Of a stretch of 64,000 nucleotides of DNA, positions 40,826-51,264 are shown one piece after another; within the stretch, counting starts at the first letter, position 1; each line of letters opens with the position of its first letter. The notes beneath the pieces are model-generated. The model made no database searches. It was given only the letters and a program-made list of their open reading frames with translations, and was not told the origin of the DNA. The DNA comes from an uncultured bacterium. GTDB taxonomy: Bacteria > Oederibacteriota > PGYV01 > CAWJRG01. Location: NCBI GenBank assembly GCA_963845185.1, contig CAWJRG010000009.1, forward strand, positions 576,001 to 640,000, given 5' to 3'. Made by a program: the position numbers and the translations under genes.

Positions 40826-42040
40826 ATGATAGAAGAATTACACGGTGACCTTCTAAGGCTGCTTGAAAACCTTGAAGGCGAAAAATTAAAAAGCATCCCT
40901 CCGTATGTTTTTGGAGTGATAAAAAAAGAAATAGCCAAACTGCGCAAGGCAGGAGAGGACGTAATTGATTTTTCAATGGGAAATCCCGACGGCGCCACGC
41001 CCCAGCATATAGTTGACAAGCTTATAGAAGCGGCACAAAACCCGAGAAACCACAGGTATTCGGCCTCAAGGGGAATTAATAAATTAAACGCGGCCATAGC
41101 CGATTATTACAAAAGGCGTTTTAACGTGGACCTTGACCCAAACACCGAATGCATAACTACAATAGGCTCAAAAGAGGGCATTTCGCACCTGATGTACGCC
41201 ATAATAAACAGGGGGGACAGCGTAATAGTGCCGACGCCATGCTACCCGATACATGCTTATGCAGTAACATTGGCAGGAGGAAACGTAATATCTGTGCCAA
41301 TAGTCAAGGGCAAGGATTTTTTTGAGGATATGGTAAGAGTTGTCCAGAACATGTGGCCAAAACCTAAAATAATACTTTTGAATTATCCGAACAATCCGAC
41401 TACTGAAGTCGTGGACCTGGATTTTTTCGAGAAAATTGTCGACTTCGCTGTTAAAAATAACATAATAGTCCTTCATGACCTGGCATATGCCGAGCTTTAC
41501 TTTGACGGCTACGTGCCGCCAAGCTTTTTGCAGGTGCCGGGCGCAAAAGAAATAGGCGCGGAGTTTTACACGCTTTCAAAGACATATAACATGCCCGGAT
41601 GGCGGGTAGGATTCCTTGTCGGCAATAAAAACATAATCAAGGCCCTGGAAAAGATCAAAAGCTACCTTGATTACGGCATGTTCCAGCCCATACAGATAGC
41701 AGCCATACATGCCTTAAACAGCTCGGACGAGTGCGTAAAGGACATCAGGGAAAAATACAGGCAAAGGCGCGATGTGCTTGTGGATGGGCTGCAAAAATTG
41801 GGCTGGGAGGTAGAGAAGCCGAAAGCCACAATGTTTGTCTGGGCAAAAATTCCCGGGCAGTACAAAGACATGAAAAGCACTGATTTTGCAATGAAGCTTT
41901 TGAAAGAAGCAAAAACCGGTGTTTCTGATGGCTCTGGTTTCGGCGAGGGCGGCGAAGGATTTGTAAGGTTTGCTTTAATAGAAAACGAGCAGAGGACAAA
42001 ACAGGCTCTAAAGAACATGAAACAAATGATGGAAAAATAA
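40826..42040 (+). CDS. class I/II aminotransferase (AlaC or LL-DAP aminotransferase-like)
   Basis: GSKEGISH, NYPNNPT, HDLAY, SKTYNMPGWRVG; ORF-track N-terminal extension runs through the REP. Confidence 0.9.
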   Translation: MIEELHGDLLRLLENLEGEKLKSIPPYVFGVIKKEIAKLRKAGEDVIDFSMGNPDGATPQHIVDKLIEAAQNPRNHRYSASRGINKLNAAIADYYKRRFNVDLDPNTECITTIGSKEGISHLMYAIINRGDSVIVPTPCYPIHAYAVTLAGGNVISVPIVKGKDFFEDMVRVVQNMWPKPKIILLNYPNNPTTEVVDLDFFEKIVDFAVKNNIIVLHDLAYAELYFDGYVPPSFLQVPGAKEIGAEFYTLSKTYNMPGWRVGFLVGNKNIIKALEKIKSYLDYGMFQPIQIAAIHALNSSDECVKDIREKYRQRRDVLVDGLQKLGWEVEKPKATMFVWAKIPGQYKDMKSTDFAMKLLKEAKTGVSDGSGFGEGGEGFVRFALIENEQRTKQALKNMKQMMEK

Positions 42041-42042
42041 TA

Positions 42043-42112
42043 AAGTGGCAGGTGTTAAGTGCTAAGTGGTAAGTAATTTTACATACCACATATCCCTTAT
42101 CACACACCACAT
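42043..42112. repeat. degenerate heptamer repeat with complementary arms
   Basis: AAGTGGC AGGTGTT AAGTGCT AAGTGGT ... ACCACAT ATCCCTT ATCACAC ACCACAT. Confidence 0.7.
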
Positions 42113-42130
42113 TTTTAAAAGGAGGAAAGC

Positions 42131-43315
42131 ATGCTTGCAGAAAGAGCAAAAAAAGTTTCACCGTCGCTGACGCTGGCGATAGACGCAAAGGCAAAACAGA
42201 TGAAAAAAGACGGGATTGATGTCGTGGGATTCGGGGCAGGCGAGCCGGATTTTAATACGCCTGAGAACATAAAAGAAGCCGGAATAAAGGCCATAAGGGA
42301 CAACCAGACCAGGTATACGCCGGCGTCAGGTACAATAGAGCTTAAGACAGCTGTCGCGGAGAAGTTTAAAAGGGAAAACAACCTTGATTACAAACCGTCG
42401 GATATCATTATTTCCTGCGGGGCCAAGCACTCGCTTTATAATATATTCATGGCAATCATCAATCCGGGCGACGAGGTCATAATTTTTTCACCGTACTGGG
42501 TTTCTTACGAAGAGCAGGTAAAGCTTGCTGACGGCATACCTGTATTTGTGGAGCTGGACGAGTCAAGGAAATTTGAAATTGATTTTGGCCTCCTTGAGAA
42601 AAAAATAACGAAAAAAACAAAAGCAATGCTTATTAATTCTCCGTCAAACCCGACAGGCGCTATTTTTTCCGGAGAGACGCTCAAAAAGCTGGTTGAAATA
42701 GCGCTGAAAAACAACCTCATCATAATTACCGATGAAATTTACGAGAAATGCCTTTACAACGGGAAAAAACACATTTCAATAGCATCGTTTTCGAAAGAAA
42801 TAAAGGAAAGGACAATTGTTGTCAACGGCGTGTCCAAGTCTTACGCAATGACGGGCTGGAGGATAGGCTACCTGGCTTCTGACAACAAGGAAATAATAAC
42901 CGCAATAGACAACATACAGTCGCACTCGACGTCGAACCCGACTACCATTGCACAGGTAGCTGCAATCGAGGCGCTGAAAACCGACAATAAAGTCGTCCAG
43001 GCAATGGTGGCAGAGTTTGATAAAAGAAGGATATACATGCTTGAAAGGATAAGAAAAATAAACGGCATGACATGCGTAGAGCCTGACGGAGCTTTTTACC
43101 TTTTCCCGAATTTTTCCGGGATAACAGGCAGGGACATTAAAGGGAAGCAGATAAAAGGCTCGCTTGACCTGGCTGATTTGCTGCTCAGCGAGGCAAAAGT
43201 CGCTGTTGTGCCGGGCATAGCCTTTGGCTCAGACAAGCATTTCAGGCTTTCTTACGCGACTTCGATGGCGAATATAGAAAAAGGCCTGGACAGGATTGCA
43301 GAAATACTTAAGTAA
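42131..43315 (+). CDS. aspC: aspartate aminotransferase-like (class I)
   Basis: GAGEPDF, NSPSNPTG, DEIY, SKSYAMTGWRIG. Confidence 0.85.
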   Translation: MLAERAKKVSPSLTLAIDAKAKQMKKDGIDVVGFGAGEPDFNTPENIKEAGIKAIRDNQTRYTPASGTIELKTAVAEKFKRENNLDYKPSDIIISCGAKHSLYNIFMAIINPGDEVIIFSPYWVSYEEQVKLADGIPVFVELDESRKFEIDFGLLEKKITKKTKAMLINSPSNPTGAIFSGETLKKLVEIALKNNLIIITDEIYEKCLYNGKKHISIASFSKEIKERTIVVNGVSKSYAMTGWRIGYLASDNKEIITAIDNIQSHSTSNPTTIAQVAAIEALKTDNKVVQAMVAEFDKRRIYMLERIRKINGMTCVEPDGAFYLFPNFSGITGRDIKGKQIKGSLDLADLLLSEAKVAVVPGIAFGSDKHFRLSYATSMANIEKGLDRIAEILK

Positions 43316-43386
43316 CGTGTTTAGTGCCGTGTGGGACGTGCTGAGTGAAATACTTATGACAAAAAAATGTATGCGAGGTAGTTTAG

Positions 43387-44118
43387 ATGCTCAATGACCC
43401 GATATGGATGAAGGAAGTGCAGTGTAAGGCGTGCGACGCGAAGTTTAAGACAGCGAGGATTAAATCATCCGCTTTGAAAGTAAAAAGCATGGAAAGCGAT
43501 TTCCACAAGGTTTATGAGAATATAAACCCTTTGTTTTATGCAGTCACGGTATGTCCTGAATGCAATTACGCGGCCAGGGACGAGGATTTCGACAAGCAGG
43601 AGTTGCAATATTACCCGGAAGTATTAAACATAGCGCTCGCCATAAAACAGTCCCGTAAAAATGTCCAGTTCCCGTGCTCCAGGGAAACAAACATGGAAGA
43701 AGCCGTGAAAAAGCACCTTTTGGCCATAATTTTTTACAAGCAATTCAAACCGGAAAACCCGAACACCATTTCAGGCCTTTATATGCATATTACATGGATG
43801 TACAGGGAAGCAGGCCTTCCGGAAAGGGAAAAGGAATATTTGCAAAAGGCACTTGATTATTACATCAAGACTTTTGAGAGGGGCTCTTATGTGCCTGAAA
43901 AAATAGGCGAGCCCGGCATAATATACATGATAGGCGAGTTGAACCGCAGGCTGGGTAATTATCCTGAAGCTGTCAAATGGTTTTCCCGCGGAGTAAAGCA
44001 CGCTGAAATAGGTGCGTTCCCGAATATCGAGAACATGACCAGGGACGCGTGGGAAAAGATAACCGAGGAAAGAAAACAGAAAGAAAATACAAGGATGCAA
44101 ACCGGAGGTTCCAAATGA
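43387..44118 (+). CDS. DUF2225-like protein (CxxC pairs plus TPR-like tail)
   Basis: CKAC...DF...Y..INP.FY...VCPECNYA; YMIGELNRRLG. Confidence 0.8.
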   Translation: MLNDPIWMKEVQCKACDAKFKTARIKSSALKVKSMESDFHKVYENINPLFYAVTVCPECNYAARDEDFDKQELQYYPEVLNIALAIKQSRKNVQFPCSRETNMEEAVKKHLLAIIFYKQFKPENPNTISGLYMHITWMYREAGLPEREKEYLQKALDYYIKTFERGSYVPEKIGEPGIIYMIGELNRRLGNYPEAVKWFSRGVKHAEIGAFPNIENMTRDAWEKITEERKQKENTRMQTGGSK

Positions 44119-45299
44119 AAATAGCTTTGGTCACGGATACGTACAGACCCAGGGTAAACGGCGTTGTGGCTTCCATAGACACATTCGCGCACGAATACAG
44201 GAAGATGGGGCATGATGTGAGGATAATAGCCCCGGAATTCCCCACGGAACAGGTGGACGTGAAGGACAAGGCAAATGAGGACTGCGTCATCAGGATAAAA
44301 TCGCATTATCTGTTTTTCGACCCTGAGGACAGGCTGCCTGCGCCGTGGTCGTCCGCTGCCAAAAAAATGATAAAAGAACAGATAATCGGTTTTAATTTCG
44401 ACATAGTACACACGCAGACGCCTTTTACGCTCGGCATTGAAGCCATAAAATGGGCAAAAAAAATGAAATGCCCCATACTGCACACCTACCACACCATGTT
44501 CGAGGCTTATGTGCATTATTTCAAGTTCCTGCCGAAGGCCGTGTCGGTCTCGCTTGCCAAAAGGATAAGCAGGTGGTACTGCAACAAGATGGACCTGAAC
44601 ATCACGCCGTCCACGCAGATGAAAGACCTGCTCGTGTCATATAAAATCAAGAAACCGGTTGAAGTGAACCCCACAGGAATAAAAATGGACAAGTTCAAGA
44701 ACTTCAACGGCGACGACTTCAGGAAAAAATACAACATTTCAGACGATACTACGCTTTTTCTTTTTATGGGCAGGATAGGCACGGAAAAAAATATACCATT
44801 TCTTTTCGAAGTCCTGAAGAATGTACTGCAGAAAATGCCGGATACGAAATTAATCGTGGCAGGCAAGGGCCCGGCAGAGGAAGAAGTGCATGAGGCATGC
44901 GAGAAAATAGGGGTAAAGGACAATGTGATATTCCTGGGCTATTTTGAGCCGCAGGATTGGGTAAACTGCTACGCGGCCGCGGACCTTTTTACATTTGCCT
45001 CGGTTACAGAGACACAGGGCCTTGTCGTCACGGAAGCCATGGCAGTCGGGACCCCTGTGGTGGCAGTTGGTGAAATGGGCGTGGCAGAAGTCATGGCAGG
45101 CAACAAGGGCGGCCTGCTGACAAAGCTTGACGTGAATGAATTCACAGGCGCTGTTTTCAGGATGCTTGACGATAAAGAGCTTTATGAAACCAAGAAAAAA
45201 GAAGCTTTTGAATACGCGAAAGAATGGTCTGCCGAAGCCATGGCAAAGAAAATGATGGAAAAATACGAAAGATTGATAAAACAGAAAAAAGGCGTATAA
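44115..45299 (+). CDS. GT4 glycosyltransferase (diacylglycerol glucosyltransferase-like)
   Basis: TDTYRPRVNGV, HTYHT, ETQGLVVTEAMA. Confidence 0.9.
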   Translation: MKIALVTDTYRPRVNGVVASIDTFAHEYRKMGHDVRIIAPEFPTEQVDVKDKANEDCVIRIKSHYLFFDPEDRLPAPWSSAAKKMIKEQIIGFNFDIVHTQTPFTLGIEAIKWAKKMKCPILHTYHTMFEAYVHYFKFLPKAVSVSLAKRISRWYCNKMDLNITPSTQMKDLLVSYKIKKPVEVNPTGIKMDKFKNFNGDDFRKKYNISDDTTLFLFMGRIGTEKNIPFLFEVLKNVLQKMPDTKLIVAGKGPAEEEVHEACEKIGVKDNVIFLGYFEPQDWVNCYAAADLFTFASVTETQGLVVTEAMAVGTPVVAVGEMGVAEVMAGNKGGLLTKLDVNEFTGAVFRMLDDKELYETKKKEAFEYAKEWSAEAMAKKMMEKYERLIKQKKGV

Positions 45300-45357
45300 A
45301 TCATATTTTCCCCTTAATAAGGTGGAACAAAAGGGGGTAAAAGTTAAAGGAGCAGAT

Positions 45358-45711
45358 ATGAAAAAGCTTCTTTTAGCAACAGCAGTATTAGTGATTGTGT
45401 TTTTGGCAGGATGCAGGCCCGGATTCGAGCGCAAGCCCATGATAATAGAGCTCGGGTTCATGACCTGCGACCACTGCATGCAAATGAAGCAGGTCCTTGC
45501 TGAAGTGGAAAAAGAATATAAAGGGAAAGTTAGAGTAATGTTTTACGACCTTGACTCGCCGGCGGGGCAAAAACAGGAAGCCATCTACGGGGTACAAAAC
45601 GTCCCGACAACAGTATTTTTGGATAAAGACGGTTACGAGTATTTTAAAGCCAACGACGCTTTGCTGAAAGAGCAGGTCATCGCAATACTGAAGTCGGCAC
45701 GTATAAATTAA
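45358..45711 (+). CDS. thioredoxin-like lipoprotein
   Basis: LAGC lipobox, CDHC, VPT. Confidence 0.85.
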   Translation: MKKLLLATAVLVIVFLAGCRPGFERKPMIIELGFMTCDHCMQMKQVLAEVEKEYKGKVRVMFYDLDSPAGQKQEAIYGVQNVPTTVFLDKDGYEYFKANDALLKEQVIAILKSARIN

Positions 45712-45714
45712 AGC

Positions 45715-46608
45715 CTATAACTTACATTCCTTTGAATGGTCAAAATCCGGGCCCTCGAGCTGGATAGTCGAGTGCCCGATATTAAAATCACATACCAAAA
45801 TTTCATTTATCTTGTTTATTATGGCATCGGTTTGTTTCAGGCATTTTTTTGCCACAACCACATGCGCGTCAAAAATTACGTCCTCGCTCGATATGTTCCA
45901 TATGTGCACATGGTGCACGCCGCGCACGCATAATTTTCTCTCTTTTTTCAGCCTCGCGATGATTTTATTCACGTCAATGCCCTTGGGCGTGCCCTGCATC
46001 AGGATATTGACCGTGTCCATGAAAACGCTGAAACTTTCTTTCATGATATAAGCCACTATAAAAAACGACGCGATTGAATCCAGGAAATACCATTTTACAA
46101 AGAAAAGCATGAATGCAACTACGAGCACAGCAGCCGAAGATATCGCATCACCGAACATATGAAGGTACGAGCTTTTGATATTGATATTTTTACCAGAGCC
46201 GCCGTGCAAAAGCATGGCTGATAAACCGTTTATCAAAAGTCCCAGCAGGGCAATTGCAAACATTATCGGCGCGTTTATGTGCTGCGGTGAATAAAGCCTT
46301 TTGACTGCTTCATATACGACAAAACCGCATATAAAAAACAGTAAAAGGATGTTAAACAGGGCAGTCAGTATCTCGGCGCGCTTGTAGCCGTAGGTTTTTA
46401 CATTGGTTGATGGTTTTTTTGCCACATTTATGGCGACATAGGATATTATCAGGGAAAAGACGTCGGAAAAATTATGGAACGCGTCTGAAAACAGTGCAAG
46501 ACTGCCTGAAACAATCCCACCTATAATTTCGGCAATGGTTATTACTATGTTCAGGACAATTGCTGTAAAAAGGTTTTTAATATTCCTGTTTTCTTCGTGT
46601 ATGTGCAT
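45715..46608 (-). CDS. cation diffusion facilitator (CzcD-like)
   Basis: SLALFSDAFHNFSD, TYGYKRAE, HMFGD, HHVHIW. Confidence 0.95.
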   Translation of the reverse strand: MHIHEENRNIKNLFTAIVLNIVITIAEIIGGIVSGSLALFSDAFHNFSDVFSLIISYVAINVAKKPSTNVKTYGYKRAEILTALFNILLLFFICGFVVYEAVKRLYSPQHINAPIMFAIALLGLLINGLSAMLLHGGSGKNINIKSSYLHMFGDAISSAAVLVVAFMLFFVKWYFLDSIASFFIVAYIMKESFSVFMDTVNILMQGTPKGIDVNKIIARLKKERKLCVRGVHHVHIWNISSEDVIFDAHVVVAKKCLKQTDAIINKINEILVCDFNIGHSTIQLEGPDFDHSKECKL

Positions 46609-46627
46609 TTAAACCGCCGGCAATAAA

Positions 46628-46702
46628 TGGTACCGCTACGGGGAATCGAACCCCGATCTGATGGCTGAGAACCACCTGTCCTAACCGTTAGACGATAGCG
46701 GC
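46628..46702 (-). tRNA. tRNA-Glu(CTC)
   Basis: Reverse complement GCCGCTA...GGTGG-TTCTCAG-CCATC...TTCGA...TAGCGGT-ACCA. Confidence 0.95.
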
Positions 46703-47120
46703 ATTAATGCAATTAATAACAGGAAAATATTTAACATTAAAAACAAGGTTGTGTCAAGGATTTAGTAGGTGTCTTGTATTTTTTCCCCTCCTTAACAAAA
46801 AGGGGTTGAATATTCTTGCAGAATAGTTAAATAATCCGGTGGATTATTTAACGTTGAGGATCACACGATTAAGTATTTCTCGACAGGAACAGGAAGGTTT
46901 GCATTATTTTTTTATCCCCCTTTAATAAAGGGGGATATAGGGGGATTTGTCGGTATCCCGTATCCCTTTTCCCAAATTCAGTTTTTTATTGTATATCTAA
47001 TTGGGCAACAAATAACTTGATAAAATCCGAATGTTGGAGTATAACTTATTGTATTGCTGGTCTCTTACAAGCCAGGGACTTATACCGGCAAAACAAACGG
47101 AATTAAAGGAGAAAATAAAA

Positions 47121-47510
47121 ATGGCCGATAAAAAGAAAATCGTAATTGTCGACGACGAACCCATCATGATTTCAATGCTTACGGAAGTCCTTTCCGATGC
47201 TTACAATGTTTATTCAGCGGTAAACGGTAGGCTGGCGATATCAGAGGTGGAAAAGACAAAACCTGATATGGTCATCCTGGATATTCTCATGCCTGTAATG
47301 GACGGGATTGAGGCGTGCAAAGAGCTGAAAAAGAACAAAGTTACCTCCGCAATTCCCGTAATACTCCTGACCGCAAAGGGCATGATAACCGACATTGAAA
47401 AAGGCCTTAAGTCAGGTGCAGACGCTTACGTCGTAAAGCCGTTTTCGCCTTTTAAGCTTATTCAGAAAGTCGAGGAAATTTTCGAGAAAAGCCATAAACC
47501 TTTCTCCTAG
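47121..47510 (+). CDS. single-domain response regulator
   Basis: IVDDE, LDILMP, LLTA, KPF; AAGGAG RBS before ATG 47121. Confidence 0.92.
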   Translation: MADKKKIVIVDDEPIMISMLTEVLSDAYNVYSAVNGRLAISEVEKTKPDMVILDILMPVMDGIEACKELKKNKVTSAIPVILLTAKGMITDIEKGLKSGADAYVVKPFSPFKLIQKVEEIFEKSHKPFS

Positions 47511-47608
47511 CGCAGGTTTATGGCCATGTACCGGAATGTAGAGACTGGTATATGGAATTTTTAGAAGCCTTTAATTGATGACATGGCAATTGATAATTGA
47601 GGTAAAAC

Positions 47609-47815
47609 ATGCCTTCTGATTGCAAATATTTTCAACTTAAAAAAGGAATTAAATATATGTATGGAGAGGATATCCCCAAAACAAGCCAGGAGTTTGCCCA
47701 ATGCACTAAGGCTTTGGAATTCGGCGGTATTTTAGACCCATGTCCTTTGTATCTGTCCAATATGAACCCGGAAAAAGAATGCCCGTTTTTCAGGGAAAGA
47801 CCGAAGCAGATATAA
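47609..47815 (+). CDS. small four-Cys hypothetical protein
   Basis: 68 aa, GAGGT RBS, CKYF...C...CP...CPFF. Confidence 0.55.
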   Translation: MPSDCKYFQLKKGIKYMYGEDIPKTSQEFAQCTKALEFGGILDPCPLYLSNMNPEKECPFFRERPKQI

Positions 47816-47869
47816 ATATCATAAAGTTGTGTGTTTAATTCCCGTAAATTTTTTTGTAATATAAGTAAA

Positions 47870-47898
47870 TTGACAAAGCAACAAACAAGTGGTATAAT
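47870..47898 (+). promoter_or_regulatory. sigma70 promoter
   Basis: TTGACA-17bp-TATAAT with TG extension. Confidence 0.85.
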
Positions 47899-47942
47899 TA
47901 GCCATACAAGGAAATAAAGTCATAATTCGGGAGGCATGTAAA

Positions 47943-48185
47943 ATGAGAGAAAAAGGCAGGTTCAGGAAAGAAAGAAAGATACTGATAAGGGTGAGTGAAG
48001 ATGAAAAGAAGTCAGCAGAAGAGTTATCGCAAAAAGAGGGGAAAAACACTTCGGAGTTTTTCAGAGATTTGCTTGAAGAACACCGCCAAAAGAAATTTAT
48101 GGATATCCATATGGAAATAGTCGGAAAGTACGAAAACATGCTTGAAAAATACAGGCAGTTACTGGCGGAACACAAAAAGAAATAG
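47943..48185 (+). CDS. ribbon-helix-helix DNA-binding protein
   Basis: ILIRVSEDEK...GKNTSEFFRDLL; GGAGG RBS. Confidence 0.7.
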   Translation: MREKGRFRKERKILIRVSEDEKKSAEELSQKEGKNTSEFFRDLLEEHRQKKFMDIHMEIVGKYENMLEKYRQLLAEHKKK

Positions 48186-48188
48186 GAA

Positions 48189-48405
48189 TTTGATCCCACT
48201 CCGCGATAATCCCCGCTAGTAGGGCTTCGACTGAGCTCAGCCGAAGTCAGGCGGGGATAGGAAGATATCCCGGTGGGAATATCTGACCGCTCCGGGGAGG
48301 GAGCATATTATAGACGGCAATTCGAAAGAAAGCAAACTCGGCGAGGTAAAACCTAGCCGAGTTTTTTTTAAAGGTGCCCCGCCTGTGAAGGCGGGGGGGC
48401 TCCAC
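48189..48405 (+). mobile_element. diverged IS200/IS605-end-like palindromic element, copy C, with nested CTTCGACTGAGCTCAGCCGAAG repeat
   Basis: AATCCCC..GGGGAT..GATA, GGAGGGA..TTATA and CCCCGCC-TGTGAA-GGCGGGG..TCCAC parallel 56841-56964. Confidence 0.5.
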
Positions 48406-48490
48406 TTGTTGGCATAAAACAAATAAATTTTTTTTTCAAACGGAAAAATTGTAATTTTTTTTCTTATTATGCGGTTCACACCACAATGAC

Positions 48491-48511
48491 CCGGCGCAAG
48501 CCGGTTTTTTC
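48491..48511 (+). terminator. intrinsic terminator
   Basis: CCGGC-GCAA-GCCGG followed by T-run. Confidence 0.6.
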
Positions 48512-48593
48512 AATATAACCTGCATTAGCACAAGTAAAGTTTCCAGCATTTAAAAAACAAAAACATATCACTATTGGTTGTATGTATTTTATC

Positions 48594-48622
48594 TTGACTC
48601 AAAGGCTTTTGCGATATACAAT
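48594..48622 (+). promoter_or_regulatory. putative promoter of the ketosynthase cluster
   Basis: TTGACT-17bp-TACAAT. Confidence 0.6.
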
Positions 48623-48722
48623 GTTTTGCATTAAGAAACAGCCTGGAGAGCTGATTTGGGAAAATTCTGTACGTCCTGTAAGGAAATCATTGAACAAAAT
48701 CTCATGAAAGGAAGTGGTATTT

Positions 48723-49970
48723 ATGTATTTTAAAAAACGAAGGGTAGTTGTAACAGGCATGGGCGTGGTGGCGCCAAATGGGAAAAACAAAGATGAATAC
48801 TGGGAATCACTATTACATGGCAGATCGGGTGTCAGGAAAATCAGTCTTTTTGACGTTTCTGAATTTCAAACTCAGATAGGAGGCGAGATCAGCGATTTTA
48901 ATCCGGAGGATTACGGCATTGATAAAAAAGAATCCAAAAGGATGGGAAGGTTTTCCAAGTTTGCGCTTGCCGCGGCCAAAATGGCTGTTGTGGATGCGGG
49001 TATTTTTATCGATGAAGAGATGCAGGAAAAAATCGGAGTAGTGATGGGTGTAAGCGTGAATGGAGTGGAAATAATAGAGCGGGAAGCTGAAACCCTCAGG
49101 ACAAAAGGCGTCAAGATGATGAACCCTTTTGGCGTCCCAGGCGCCCTGCCAAACGCGGCAGCAAGCCATATTGCAATAGAGTTCGGGATAAAAGGCAAGG
49201 TATCTACGATTTCAACAGGCTGTTCCTCTACGTTGAACGCTATAGGCTACGCGCATGAATTGATAAAATACGGTAAAACCGATATGATAATCTGCGGCGG
49301 ATCCGAATCACCGCTCACGCCTTCGGTTTTAGGATCTTTTTGCGCGTCAAACAGCCTGTCCAAAAGAAATGAGGAACCGGAAAAAGCAAGCAGGCCTTTT
49401 GACAAAAACAGGGACGGGTATGTTTTGTGCGAAGGCGCGGCAATATTTGTGCTTGAAAGCCTCGAGTCTGCGATCAGGAGAGACGCGGAAATTTATGCTG
49501 AAATTATAGGGTATGGCGACACATCGGACGCATTCAGCATGTATAAGATTGAAGAGAGCGGGAACCAGGCTGCCCGCGCAATGGCAATGTGTATGAATGA
49601 TGCGGACATAGACCTTTGCGAAGTTGATTATATCAACGCGCACGGAAGTTCTTCCTATATTTCGGACATAAGGGAAACAGTAGCAATAAAAAAGGTATTT
49701 GGAGATTATGCTGGAAAGATACCGGTTTCTTCTGTAAAATCGATGATAGGGCACGGGCTTGGCGTAGCAGGGGGGTTCCAGACAGCAGCGACACTGCTTG
49801 CCGGCAAAAACGGATACATCCCGGCGACGATTAATTACGAGCATGAGGACCCGAACTGCGACCTTGATTACGTGCCGAACGAAGCAATAAGGAAAAGAAT
49901 CAATGTTGCCATGGTAAATTCCTTCGGCATGGGCGGCAATAACGCGAGTTTGCTTTTCAGGATGTTTTAA
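48723..49970 (+). CDS. FabF-like beta-ketoacyl synthase (stand-alone paralog)
   Basis: RRVVVTGMG, STGCSS, NAHGS, GHGLG, NSFGMGG; no acpP/fabG nearby; alternative GTG start at 48714. Confidence 0.9.
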   Translation: MYFKKRRVVVTGMGVVAPNGKNKDEYWESLLHGRSGVRKISLFDVSEFQTQIGGEISDFNPEDYGIDKKESKRMGRFSKFALAAAKMAVVDAGIFIDEEMQEKIGVVMGVSVNGVEIIEREAETLRTKGVKMMNPFGVPGALPNAAASHIAIEFGIKGKVSTISTGCSSTLNAIGYAHELIKYGKTDMIICGGSESPLTPSVLGSFCASNSLSKRNEEPEKASRPFDKNRDGYVLCEGAAIFVLESLESAIRRDAEIYAEIIGYGDTSDAFSMYKIEESGNQAARAMAMCMNDADIDLCEVDYINAHGSSSYISDIRETVAIKKVFGDYAGKIPVSSVKSMIGHGLGVAGGFQTAATLLAGKNGYIPATINYEHEDPNCDLDYVPNEAIRKRINVAMVNSFGMGGNNASLLFRMF

Positions 49971-50454
49971 AAAACAAGATAAATAGTGGAGATAATAATC
50001 AATGGCAAAAGGAAATTTTAAGAAAAAAACAGAAAAAATATTTTGGGATTCTTATGCAAGCGCTTATGACGACATGGCGAAATATTATGAACCGTACAAA
50101 CAGCTTGTAAATGAAATTACAGGGTTTTTGGCAACAAATGCAGGAAAAGATAGCAGGGTTTTGGACGCCGGTTGTGGAACAGGAGCATTATCCATTAAAC
50201 TTGCAGAAAAAAAATATGCAGTATACTCCATGGATATGTCAAATGCAATGCTCAGTGTTTTTAGAGGGAAAATAAAAAAAATGAATTTGGATAATTTATA
50301 TATAAGTAACGGCGATTTGAATAAAAAACTTGTGTATAAAAGCAAATATTTTAATATAGTTATAAACGTGCATTCATTATTTATGCTGGATAATATCTTT
50401 TTTACTTTGGATGAATTTAACAGTGGAATGAACCCCTTCGTTTGGACACTCGGA

Positions 50455-51264
50455 TTAGAACAAACCGGCCTGTTCCTGTAGTTTAGTTTCAAATTCTACC
50501 GGTGGAACGTAGCCTATTGCCGAATGCAATCTTTTTTGATTATACACCTCCTCTATAAAAAATGGAATCCTTTTCAAGACGTCATCGATAGTTTTATAAT
50601 CCCACATATAAACTTCTTCACATTTAATTGTTTTCATAAAACTCTCGGCTCCGGCGTTGTCGTACGGGTTGCCTTTGCGCGACATGCTGATAGTAAATTC
50701 GTGTTCCTTCAAGATGCCAACGTAATCGTTGCAGGCATACTGCACGCCGCGGTCTGAATGATGGACTACGCCTGTTCCGGGCTTACGTCTCTCTATGGCC
50801 ATTTTAAGCGCTCCTATAGCAAGGTCGGCATCAAGATACAGCGAAATATTGTAGCCTATGACCTTTCTTGAAAAAGCGTCCAGTATCACCGCTAAATACA
50901 CGAAGCCAAGCAAAATTCTGATGTATGTTATGTCTGAACGCCAGAGCTGGTTTAACGTTGTCAGGATCATGTCCTTCGCTATATTCGGGTAAATCCTGAA
51001 CGGGTGATTGGAGTCTGTGGTTTTTACCCACTTGCGTTTGTACACCACCAAAAGCGAGCTTTCACGCATGATTCTTTGTACTCTTTTGTGGTTTACAATC
51101 ACACCTTCACGGTGAAGCTGTTTTGTAACCCGCCTATATCCATATCCTGCAAACTCAAGAACTATCCGTTCAATTTTATCTCTTAAATCACAGTCCACCT
51201 TTAATTTTTTCTGGTTTTTTTCTTTGGGTTTGTAGTAATAACTGCTTCGGCTCAACCCAGTCAT
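50455..51264 (-). CDS. IS3 OrfB integrase-core transposase
   Basis: WRSDITYI, HHSDRGVQY, DNAGAESF. Confidence 0.95.
   Translation of the reverse strand: MTGLSRSSYYYKPKEKNQKKLKVDCDLRDKIERIVLEFAGYGYRRVTKQLHREGVIVNHKRVQRIMRESSLLVVYKRKWVKTTDSNHPFRIYPNIAKDMILTTLNQLWRSDITYIRILLGFVYLAVILDAFSRKVIGYNISLYLDADLAIGALKMAIERRKPGTGVVHHSDRGVQYACNDYVGILKEHEFTISMSRKGNPYDNAGAESFMKTIKCEEVYMWDYKTIDDVLKRIPFFIEEVYNQKRLHSAIGYVPPVEFETKLQEQAGLF

Noticed and set aside
46628..46702. tRNA-Glu or tRNA-Val as an island integration site
   Set aside because: No duplicated tRNA 3' end or integrase seen in the window
48621..48707. 28-aa ORF as a RiPP precursor for the radical SAM enzyme
   Set aside because: ATG overlaps the predicted -10 box, there is no RBS, and no RRE/SPASM features were seen
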